A stretch of DNA of 63,932 nucleotides, filler included. It is 9 parts of 9 records of this genome, joined end to end, with 100 filler letters (N's around TTAATTAATTAA, not from the genome) between each part and the next. Parts side by side here need not be neighbours in the genome. Positions count along the whole stretch, not along the records: positions 6,993 to 13,681 come from SRR31147125_32098; positions 13,782 to 23,799 come from SRR31147125_32106; 7 more parts are not named here. The stretch is one strand, 5' to 3'. Under the pieces are notes generated by a model. It saw only the letters and a list, made by a program, of their open reading frames with translations, was not told where the DNA came from and did not search any database. Positions 10,212-19,974 of the stretch are shown here, piece after piece (within the stretch, counting starts at the first letter, position 1; the number at the start of each line of letters is the position of its first letter). Both the position numbers and the translations under genes were made by a program.

Positions 10212-10612
10212 GGAATTCCCCCTTGTAGATGATGTGCAGGAAATTCCTTTTGTGAGAATACATATAAAAGATCAGCCCTATGAGAATTTTCCGCAGTAAA
10301 AATCTCTATACAGCTAGTGAAACATAAGCAGGAAGACTGATGTGAAAATTTCTAGTTGATAAATTAATTATATAATGCGCAGTAAAAGTTTGTCCACGCT
10401 AAACTTAGTAGAAATATCCACGTATTCATACACTAGAGAAATCTTATGTATTCGTGTCTAAGTCAGTACTGGAAGGGTATATGGATCAGATTGCGACCTC
10501 TCAAAGTGCTGTAATAATCAGCTCTCTCCATGACTGACAATCGCGCCGATACTCGCTATACTATCAGTTACCACTACATAAGAAATACCAGTGACTCTAG
10601 GAGGAGACAGAA

Positions 10613-11185
10613 ATGAAAGCAGTCGCGTTTAACGGCAGTCCAAGAAAAAACGGCAATACTGCCGCTATGTTGGATCAAGTATGTTCCAGATTGGAATCGG
10701 TCGGTATATCATGCGAAAAAGTACAGATTGGCGGCCTGAAAATAGGCGGCTGTCGGGCATGCGGTGCTTGCAGGAGAAACATGAACAGAGCCTGTGTTTT
10801 TACCGATGATATAGTCAATGAAGCCATCGAAAAAATGATCGAAGCCGATATCATCATATTGGGATCTCCCACCTATTTCGCCGCGCTTACCCCCGAAATG
10901 AAAGCCCTGATTGACCGCTGCGGGTATGTAACCAGGGCAAACGGCAACTTGCTGCGCAGAAAAATAGGGGCAGCAGTAACGGCTGTGAGAAGAGCCGGAT
11001 CCCTGAATGTATTTCAAGCCATCAACAACTTCTTCCTGATCAGTGAAATGATAGTACCCGGTTCTACCTACTGGAACCTCTCAGTCAGCCGGGACTTGGG
11101 AGATTTTCAGAAGGATGAGGAAGGTGTCGATACGATGACGACGCTGGGTGATAACATCGCCTGGCTGGCACAGAAGGTGAGATGA
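10613..11185 (+). CDS. Iron-sulfur flavoprotein (Isf; flavodoxin-like FMN reductase family)
   Basis: NGSPRKNGNT FMN loop; compact CRACGAC-x6-C cluster motif; GSPTYF; AGGAGG RBS. Confidence 0.9.
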   Translation: MKAVAFNGSPRKNGNTAAMLDQVCSRLESVGISCEKVQIGGLKIGGCRACGACRRNMNRACVFTDDIVNEAIEKMIEADIIILGSPTYFAALTPEMKALIDRCGYVTRANGNLLRRKIGAAVTAVRRAGSLNVFQAINNFFLISEMIVPGSTYWNLSVSRDLGDFQKDEEGVDTMTTLGDNIAWLAQKVR

Positions 11186-13175
11186 AACAAGCGGAAAACA
11201 GAGTAAATAGCGGACAGCATAGCCCCATACGGAAGTTTACCCCGGAGACCGAGAGACGTGTTCTGCGCACACCGCTGCTCAACATCGATACATTTATTAT
11301 CCCGTCTCCCTACATTAAGGATGCAACCCTTGAGCAGGACTTTGACCACAGTTACTACTGGGTTGAGGAAGGTGAGATCCTGGGCTACATACAAGTCTAT
11401 TCGGATAAAGATAAATCCAGCTTCCATATCTACAAAATCGTAACCAGCCCCTTCGGACGCGGCAGGGGAATCGGCACTACCTTCATCGAATATCTGGCGG
11501 CAAATATTCCGCTGAAATCCCAAATCTACCTCTATGTATGGGAAAAACAACCCGATACGCTAGAGTATTTCCGAAGCAAGGGATTCAATCTGGGGAATAC
11601 CATCGTCTACCGGAATCTGATATATTATCACCTCTCGGCAGTACCGGCCGATATCCTGGATAAGACAGGAGAGGAGAAACTGCCGGAAGCCGTACAGCAT
11701 GACGATATCGGCAAGGCCAGGCATGATGCCCGGAAGACGATTCGTTTTCTGTCTCATATGGTCGATTCACTCTCCATCTCCAACTCCGGGAAAATAATCG
11801 AAGACATCAACAGGGAGACCACCGCGCTGGTGAATATCCTCAACCGCTTTCGCGATACAATCAGCCTGACCCACGAAGTAAACCTGCGCGACCTGATCCT
11901 GGAACGGATTATTCCCTATGTGGAGGCATCGTCAGTCCCCTGCCGGCTGCACTTCAGCCTCGATTCCCACACCTCGGTAGTCCTGGGCTATTATGTGAAT
12001 ATCAGCCGGGCCCTGGTAAACATCGTCTCCAATTCACTGGACTCAATCAAGGCCAAAGGAGAAAAAGGCATCCTGCATCTGGACCTGCGTGACAAGAATG
12101 AACGGATCGTTCTGCGCATTAAAGATAACGGCATCGGCATGTCGAAAGATATGCTGGAACTGGGGAGAACGGTCTACCGAACTTTGTGGGGAAATCTACT
12201 AAGGACAGAAAGGCCGGAGAAGGACTTGGGTCTATACAGATATTCTCAACTTTCGGCACGGAGAATATCCATATTAAAAGTGCTCCCGGGAAAGGCGCGG
12301 TCTGGACAATCTCCTTTGACCAGCCCCCGAAAGGGGCCAGTGAAAAGCTCTTCACTCAGCTGGAGCGCCGATTTAATGAATTCAAGAACCTGGTTGAAGT
12401 GAGCAGGTTATCTCTGGAGACTCCCCGCAACACGGTTATCTCCTATATCTGGCAGATTCGAAAAATGGAACTGTTTCTCTATGATCTGATTCTGCAGTTC
12501 AGTAAGGGACACAATATCCGGGCAGTCTACCGCATTGTGCTGTCCTTTCTGCATGGGAATGAAACCCGGGAAGAGCTGTATGATGAAATCGCTCAGCTCA
12601 GAAGCGAACATGTGCGCCTCAGGCAGTGGTTGTTTGAGACCTCCTGCATGATAAAAGAACGGCTGGAAACACTATTTGATGAAATCTCATTCGAAGATTT
12701 CAAGGGGCCGATGTTCAGGAGTTACGGTCAGGCCCTGGATAATGTGATCATTTTCACGATGAATCCCAAAACGGGTCAGTTCATGGCAACCGATCGTAAA
12801 CTTGCTGAGCATCTGGACTTTGCTCCCTATCTGAAAAGCGACAAAAACCAGCTGCTCAGAGGTGAATTTATAGGAGACCTGAATAACCATCAGCAGGCGA
12901 TAACTCTGGGAGTATGGAATACTGTCTCCGAGGAAGACCTTTTCAACAAGCTGGAATTAATCCGCGATGGTGCTAACAGACTACTGGAGATGGGCATCCA
13001 TCTGGAGAAGAAACTGGCATTTTATCAGACAACGTATGTGAGTTCCCCATACGAGATAAATCCCGATATCTCGACAACGGTAGGGACGATTGCCGTTATG
13101 GAGCGTGAGGATCTGCGCAGGTTTATACGGAAATCGGATAAAGACCTGGATGGCATTTTCATGATTCAGGATTGA
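11182..13175 (+). CDS. GNAT + HisKA-like + HATPase_c + unknown C-terminal domain fusion (about 664 aa after correcting a 1-nt frameshift at 12162-12165)
   Basis: GNAT motif A PFGRGRGIG; H-box-like ARHDARK; N-box ALVNIVSNSLDSI; G1 IKDNGIGM. Adding one G to GGGG joins the two ORFs as ...LELGENGLPNFVGKSTK...GEGLGSIQ (G2), completing the ATPase domain. Confidence 0.8.
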
Positions 13176-13184
13176 TTTTCTGGT

Positions 13185-13681
13185 TCATATTTCGAATGGA
13201 GTATCCAGGTAGACCTTCTTGACCCACTGCAGGAAAAATTCCTGACTGGAGCTGCGCCAGATATTAACGGGATTATCGACATCCACATGCAGGGGAGGAT
13301 TTACGTCCTGCCTTCCCAGATTCATATCCCGGGTATATTCATCAATAAGACGATACGTACGGTACTCGGCATGACCTAAATGCATGATGAATTTCCCATC
13401 ACCACTCTCAAAAATCACATATCCAGTCTCATCCGAATGCGCCAAAAGATTGATCTTTCCCTTCTCAGCCATCGCCTCCAGATCGGCATCGCGAATGCCG
13501 GAGTGCCGGCTTTGCGGGCACCAGAATTTATCATCAAGATCCCCGGTTATGCGATGCGTGCGGTCCAGATTATCAAGCTGGTATACTCCGAACAACTTGC
13601 GGGGGTAGGCGATCTTCTCAATACCCATATATTTTGCCAGGGCAAGACCTCCCCAGCAAATTCCCAGGGTGGAAGCCACAT
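13185..13681 (-). CDS. metA: Homoserine O-acetyl/succinyltransferase (5' end truncated)
   Basis: TLGICWG (catalytic Cys), PQSRH, GHAEY (catalytic His), P.N.WRS. Confidence 0.9.
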
Positions 13682-13781
13682 NNNNNNNNNNNNNNNNNNN
13701 NNNNNNNNNNNNNNNNNNNNNNNNNTTAATTAATTAANNNNNNNNNNNNNNNNNNNNNNNNNNNNNNNNNNNNNNNNNNNN
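13682..13781. other. Artificial contig linker
   Basis: N-run/TTAATTAATTAA/N-run. Confidence 0.99.
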
Positions 13782-13915
13782 TGTCTACCAATTCCACCAC
13801 TTCGGCATTTTTCATGAATCATTTCGGAGTGTCAGACGACTCCCGCTCAATTCAATGTGATGGGTCTTTTACACGATCTTAAAACCGAAGTCAACATCTA
13901 AATACACGACAAGGG

Positions 13916-14284
13916 TTAAAATTTTCCAGCTTCATCTAAAATCAGATTTTTCAGGCCGGGAAATTTCCCGAAATGTTCAGTAACAGAGAAAAGCAAGTTC
14001 GGATATTTTTCTTTGGATTCGACAATAAGTTCTGGGATATCCTCCACCACATGATTACCTGCAGAGATGAAAAAAGGCACGACCACAATCGTCTCAACGC
14101 CCAATTCAACCAGCTCATCCACAACGTCCATGAAGGGCGGCAGACAGAATTGAATAAAGGCCGCTCGAACATACTTAAACTTATTCTCCGAGATGTCTTG
14201 CAACCCCTCGGCAAACTCTTTGATTTCAAGGGCAGAGGATTCTCTTCGGCTCCCATGGGCCAAAACAATCAATGCATTATTCAT
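13916..14284 (-). CDS. cbiX: Small CbiX/SirB-type sirohydrochlorin chelatase
   Basis: LAHGSR, AFIQF..P and PFFISAGNHVVEDIP; single-domain size of 122 aa. Confidence 0.85.
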   Translation of the reverse strand: MNNALIVLAHGSRRESSALEIKEFAEGLQDISENKFKYVRAAFIQFCLPPFMDVVDELVELGVETIVVVPFFISAGNHVVEDIPELIVESKEKYPNLLFSVTEHFGKFPGLKNLILDEAGKF

Positions 14285-14357
14285 CTATCGATCCCTATTT
14301 TAATTAAAGGCCAACCCAAACCACACAGTCACGGCTTAACACGTCACTCAATGACGA

Positions 14358-15151
14358 CTAAAGCACCCCCGCTATCATTCGTGTTCCCACAACAAAAAGT
14401 AGAGCCGCAAATATCTTTTTCAACTTAACTACCGGCAATGTGTGGGCCAGCTTCGCACCAAGAGGCGCGGTTAATACACTTGCCATGACAATACCGGCCA
14501 GAGACACCAGGTGAACGAATCCAATCGTATAATCCGGAAGCCCTTCAACGCCAAAACCGTTAACAACGTACCCAAGGGATCCTGCCACGGCAATGGGAAA
14601 TCCAATGGCAGAGGAGGTTCCGATGGCCTTATGCATCATCGTATTACACCAAACCAAAAAAGGGACAGACAATGTCCCTCCACCAATGCCAACAAGACTG
14701 GAAAAAATACCGATGGTATTTCCCACGGAAAAAATTCCCACCGTCCCGGGCAGGTCTCGAGTGGGCTTGGGTTTAATTCCCAAAATCATTTGAATGGCCA
14801 CGTAATATAAAAAGCAGCCGAAAAACCCTTTGAGGAACGTGCTGGTCAGCATGGAGGCGATCCAGCTTCCCACAAAGGTACCGATCAAAATTCCCGGTGT
14901 GATTCTAAATACCACCGGCCAGATGACGGCCTCTCTGGAGTGATGCGCCCGAACACTGGAAAGAGAGGTAAATAGTATGGAAGCAAGGGAGGTACCCAAT
15001 GCCATGTGAAGAATATGAGCCTGGGGAAATCCTTGAGCAGTAAAGGTAAAGGTCAGCATGGGAACAATGACAAGCCCGCCGCCAATCCCTAAAAGGCCGG
15101 CCAACACACCGGCAACAGCGCCAAGTACAATGTAAAGAAGAAAAAAGACAT
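14358..15151 (-). CDS. TauE/SafE (TSUP) family membrane transporter; start reconstructed across a homopolymer frameshift at 15141-15146
   Basis: Duplicated GLLGIGGG / SLVGIGGG motifs and ALGTSLA; ATG at 15151 has an AAGGA RBS. Confidence 0.88.
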
Positions 15152-15513
15152 TAAATTTATTCCTTATTTTTCAGCAGTTTCCAAACGAAAACCACCAAAT
15201 GAGTAAGAGGGTTTTAGTGATCCTTTATTAATGGATCATCTGCTTTTCGCTATGGTTATGATCAACAATCGTTACAACAGCTTGAGATCGTGCCACTTGG
15301 AAAAACCAGCATCTGATTTAAATAATATTTCTCTAAGAAGCAAGCAATTTAGACGTTTCCAATGGCGTGAGCGGTCAAACGAGACAAAAACAATTGACAA
15401 GTCCCAAAATACGAATCATTTTTATTTTCGAATGCAACACCTGAATCAAAGACGCGGGAAGCCATCCCGCAACCCGTCACTTTCATAAACAGTCACAGAA
15501 AAGGAGAGTTATC

Positions 15514-16011
15514 ATGGCCAAAATTACATTAAAAGGCAACCCCATAGAAACCATTGGAGAGCTACCTGCCGTTGGAACTGTCGCCCCTGGATTTTCTCTG
15601 GTTGGAAAAGACCTTGCCGACGTCACCCTGGATCAATTTTCCGGTAAAACCGTTGTTCTGAACGTTTTTCCCAGCATCGACACCCCGGTTTGTGCGGCCT
15701 CCACAAGACAATTTAACAAGGTCGCGGGAGCCTCAGAAGACACTGTGGTGCTCTGCATCTCTGCAGATCTTCCGTTTGCGCATTCCCGTTTCTGCGAAGT
15801 GGAGGGGCTTGAAAACGTCATTCCACTCTCTGTTTTCAGAGACCACCAATTTGGTGAGGCCTATGGATTGAGAGTCACCACAGGCCCCCTGACCGGCCTT
15901 TTGTCCCGGGCCATTGTTGTCATCAACAAAGAAGGAAAAGTCGCCTATACGGAACAGGTGCCTGAAATCGCCCAGGAACCCAACTACGACGCGGCACTAG
16001 CCGCCCTTTAA
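15514..16011 (+). CDS. tpx: Thiol peroxidase (atypical 2-Cys peroxiredoxin)
   Basis: [42 protein letters not shown]. Confidence 0.96.
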   Translation: MAKITLKGNPIETIGELPAVGTVAPGFSLVGKDLADVTLDQFSGKTVVLNVFPSIDTPVCAASTRQFNKVAGASEDTVVLCISADLPFAHSRFCEVEGLENVIPLSVFRDHQFGEAYGLRVTTGPLTGLLSRAIVVINKEGKVAYTEQVPEIAQEPNYDAALAAL

Positions 16012-16259
16012 TCCTCCCTCCCCAATCCCTTTTGTGCCTGGAAATTGGGGAGAAACAAACGGGATTGCAGGTTGCAGCGCCCCTTTTTGGCTCAATTGAT
16101 CTTTAAATCAGACGTTAAGGCCGGTGGAGCTGCTTTTTTCAACCACCCTCCGGCAGCTCACGCTCTTTCGATCACACGATTTTTTTCTCGGCGGTCCATC
16201 AGTATCCTCACGGCATAACCCGACCCATTCTCAAATAATTCCAACCATGGGAGATAACA

Positions 16260-18152
16260 ATGAAACAACTTGGAGAACTTCTTGTACAGCAGGACCCATT
16301 CAAAGCAATGGCCATGGGCAATACCGCCATCGTACGGGGGATGGTTGAAGCCGGAACCAAGGTCGTCTCATCCTATCCAGGCTCTCCGACTCCGGAGATC
16401 GCAAGCGCGATCAACACCATTCCACCCGATCAACGTCCGTTCTATTTTGAATTTTCAGTCAACGAAAAAACAGCCACCGAAGTGGCTTTTGGTGCGGCGC
16501 TAAACGGTAATCTATCCACCGTTTTTTTTAAAAGCGTCGGGTTGAATGTCGCTTTGGACAGCTTTGTTCAGTTAGGGCTGATGAACATCCCCGGTGGAAT
16601 GATTGTGGTCATTGGAGATGATCCCGGTGCCAATTCATCTCAAAACGAGCAGGACAACAGAAATATCTTTACCATGGCACGTACACCGGTACTTGAACCC
16701 GCCTCCCCCACGGAGGTGTATCAATACTATTTGAAAGCCGCACGCCTTACCCAAGCGCAACAAACCGTCGTCGTACTGAGGCTCACCACCCACGTGTGCC
16801 ACGGAAGAGAAAAGGTGGCATTTGGAGCTTACAGCGGCAAGCCTGCCCCCTCAAAGAGTGATTTTAATTCCGAAAACGGCCCATACATCCCCATCGCCGC
16901 TCTGGCACTGGAGATGAAACGGGCCTCATTGAAAAAATTGCCCCATATCCTCGATTTTTTCAAAGTCAACGATCTGAACACCATCTGGCCCACATCATCC
17001 CCCCAAAGTACCCCTACCAAAGGGATCATCACCCAGGGACTGACCTTCCTTTCGGTAAAAGATGTCCTCCACGGTGTGACCGATCCTCCGGATATATTGA
17101 AGCTGGGGGCCATCTACCCCTTGGATATAGATCTCATTGCCCAATTTCTAAAGGCACACCAAGAGGTGCTCATCCTTGAAGAGCTGGACGATATCCATGA
17201 ACGACAGATCAAAGCAGTTGCCTTTGATCGGGGCATTAGTGTCAAAATCATCGGAAAAACATCCGACGAAGATTTTATCGGGGAATACACTCCGGATAAA
17301 GTCAACGGCATTTTAAGCCGTGTATGGCCCACTTTGATACCTCCCCCCGTGAAATCAATCGGTACCACTCCGGATATCCTTTTACCGGATACTCGGGTAC
17401 CCCATCGACCGGCACAGATGTGTCCGGGATGCGGCCATCGCAGCGCCTTCCACGCCATCAAACAGGCATTGGAAGGCGATGACATTACCGTTGCCGATAT
17501 CGGATGCCATACCCTCGGATTCATGCCGCCATACCAGATGGGAGAAGTGCTTCTTTGCATGGGAGCATCACCCGGCATTGCATCGGGGCTTTCTCTTTTC
17601 AACGACAAGAGACGTGTCATTGCCTTTTTGGGAGATTCCACTTTTTTCCACGCCGGATTACCGGGTCTCATGAATACCCTGTTCAATCGACACAATATCA
17701 CCATCGTCATTATGGAAAACGGCACCACCGCCATGACCGGCCATCAAGATCATGCCGGCAAACAGATCCCCATTGAATCTTTGCTCAAAGGCATGGGAAT
17801 CGAGCATATTTTCAGCTGCGACACCTATCAACAAGCCAAACTGATGGCACATATGGAAAATGCCATGGCCGTCCAAGGACTGAGTGCCGTGATTGCCAAA
17901 CACCCCTGCATGCTCAAATTCATGAGAGAGCAGAAAAAACGCCCCGGCTACACCCCCAAGCATGTGATGATCGATCAGACTCAGTGCAGTCCGGCCCATA
18001 CTTGTGTGGAAACATTCGGCTGTCCTTCATTTGTTCGTCATTCGGACAACCATATCACCGTCAACCGAGATCTATGCATCGGAGACGGCTCATGTCGTCA
18101 AGTCTGCGCGGCTAAAGCCATTGTACCGGAAAAGGAGGAAAAGCAATCATGA
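16260..18152 (+). CDS. iorA: Indolepyruvate:ferredoxin oxidoreductase alpha subunit
   Basis: YPGSPTPEI, SVNEK, DDPG..SSQNEQD, CPGCGHR, DIGCHTL, GDSTFFHAG, NGTTAMTGHQ and C-terminal ferredoxin cysteines. Confidence 0.92.
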   Translation: MKQLGELLVQQDPFKAMAMGNTAIVRGMVEAGTKVVSSYPGSPTPEIASAINTIPPDQRPFYFEFSVNEKTATEVAFGAALNGNLSTVFFKSVGLNVALDSFVQLGLMNIPGGMIVVIGDDPGANSSQNEQDNRNIFTMARTPVLEPASPTEVYQYYLKAARLTQAQQTVVVLRLTTHVCHGREKVAFGAYSGKPAPSKSDFNSENGPYIPIAALALEMKRASLKKLPHILDFFKVNDLNTIWPTSSPQSTPTKGIITQGLTFLSVKDVLHGVTDPPDILKLGAIYPLDIDLIAQFLKAHQEVLILEELDDIHERQIKAVAFDRGISVKIIGKTSDEDFIGEYTPDKVNGILSRVWPTLIPPPVKSIGTTPDILLPDTRVPHRPAQMCPGCGHRSAFHAIKQALEGDDITVADIGCHTLGFMPPYQMGEVLLCMGASPGIASGLSLFNDKRRVIAFLGDSTFFHAGLPGLMNTLFNRHNITIVIMENGTTAMTGHQDHAGKQIPIESLLKGMGIEHIFSCDTYQQAKLMAHMENAMAVQGLSAVIAKHPCMLKFMREQKKRPGYTPKHVMIDQTQCSPAHTCVETFGCPSFVRHSDNHITVNRDLCIGDGSCRQVCAAKAIVPEKEEKQS

Positions 18153-18783
18153 ACAAAATCTTCAATATCCATATGACAGGTGTGGGAGGGCAAGGCATCG
18201 GGCTACTCAGCCAATCGCTTTTAACGGCCATTGATTTGGCAGGCATCAAAGCCGTTGCAGTGGACACCCATGGGTTGGCCCAGCGCGGCGGTATGGTGGT
18301 ATCGAGAATTCGATGCGGCGAAGGTGTTCACTCTCCACTGATCATGAAGGGACATGCCCATCTCATATTGGCGCTGGAAGTGCACGAGGCCATGCGTGCA
18401 TTGCAGTCAAATCTTCTACACGGAAAAACAACCATTGGCAAAATCAAAACATCGGAAAAAAACCGCGCTTCTCATTATGCTTTCTCGATGTTGCATGGCA
18501 CCCCCTTGGTGTGAGGCTCGGAGATGCACCGGAGATAACCCCGGAGTTGGTGACGGCGCTTTGCGATCAAAACAGTGTGGGGCATTATCTGGTGAAATCA
18601 GAAACGATCCAAGATCCCCGCATGCAAAACATGGCACTTCTCGGCACACTTGCCGGGTGCAACCTTGTACCCAATGTGAGCATTATCCATTATCAAAAAG
18701 CTATCGAAACCCTTTTTCATGGGGATGCACGAAATAAAAACATGGAACTGTTTGACCAATATGCATCAACATGTTTAAAGTAA
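18149..18783 (+). CDS. iorB: Indolepyruvate oxidoreductase beta subunit (frameshift near 18480)
   Basis: GVGGQG and THGLAQRGG, HSPLI; continues in the second frame as W.PLGVRLG...RMQNMALLG; ATGA overlap with iorA. Confidence 0.85.
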
Positions 18784-18900
18784 GATTTCGTGCATTTTAC
18801 CGAAAAAAATGACCTGTTTTTCATAGCTGGATTGTGATGAAATCGTTAACGACACTGTATCATGATACAAAACGTATAATAAACAAAATAAGGAGAGCCG

Positions 18901-19974
18901 TTGATGCAAAAAGAACTCAATCCGGAAAAGCTATTACAGCTCTCAGGGATATATTGGCAAACCTGTGCCCTGCACGCAGCTGTCAAACTGGATATCTTTA
19001 CAACCATTGGAAAACAGGCCCTCACTGCTGATGCAGTGGCATCAAAACTGGGAGCACCGGCCAGAAGTACCGCCATGATGCTCGACGCCTTGTGCGGGAT
19101 GGCGCTATTGGAAAAACAACTGGAGCAGGAAGAAGAAAAGGAAGAGAAAAACGTTGTCACGAACAGCAGCAGCGCGACCGATCAAGGCATTACCCATGCA
19201 CTCTATACCAATACGGCTATGGCATTGGAATTCCTTTCAAAAGACTCTCCCCGCTATATCGGCTTCATGATTATGCATCATCACCATTTGGTGGAGTCGT
19301 GGTCCCGGCTGGATGAGGCCATCATGAACGGCGCCCCCGTTCGCTCCCGGGCATCCATAGACAATAACGAGCGTCGGGAACATTTTTTGATGGGTATGTT
19401 CAATATCGCCATGGGAACGGCCCCCGCTTTGGTGCCCACCATCGACCTCTCCGGAAAAAAAGACTACTGGACATGGGAGGGGGCCCGGGCACCTATGCCA
19501 TCCAGTTTTGTCTTCATAATCCGCAGCTCACGGCATCGGTTTTTGATCTCCCCACCTCTCGGCCTTTGCGGAAAAGACCATTGCCCGCTTCAACCAGGAG
19601 GCGCGTGTCGATTTTCAAGGCGGGGACTTTCTCAAAGACGACATTGAAGGTCAATACGATGTGGTGTGGATCTCCCACATCCTCCATGCCGCTTCTCCAG
19701 ATGAATGTCGTACCATCATCAAAAAGGCAGCATCCGCCCTTCTTCCCGATGGCATGATCATCATTCACGATTTCATTCTGGATACCCTGAAAGACAGCCC
19801 CCTGTTTCCCACACTTTTTCCCTGAATATGCTGCTGGCCACCGAAGGAGGACAAGCCTATTCCGAACAAGAAATTACGGAGATGCTTGAAACATCAGGGT
19901 TTGTTGACGTAAAACGTACGCCGTTTATCGGCCCCAACGACTCCGGGCTCATTACAGGCGTTTTCTCGGCATGA
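18901..19974 (+). CDS. SAM-dependent O-methyltransferase with dimerisation domain (three homopolymer frameshifts at about 19455, 19565 and 19815)
   Basis: Reconstruction gives ALHAAVKLDIFT...LDALCGMALL...LLDMGGGPGTY...VFDLP...GGDFLKD...DVVWISHILH...IHDFIL...FSLNMLLATEGGQAYS. Confidence 0.85.

Noticed and set aside
10212-10612. 400-nt intergenic region as a possible riboswitch or ncRNA
   Set aside because: I could see no recognisable aptamer or strong structure by eye. It is adequately explained as divergent promoters; an Rfam scan would settle it.
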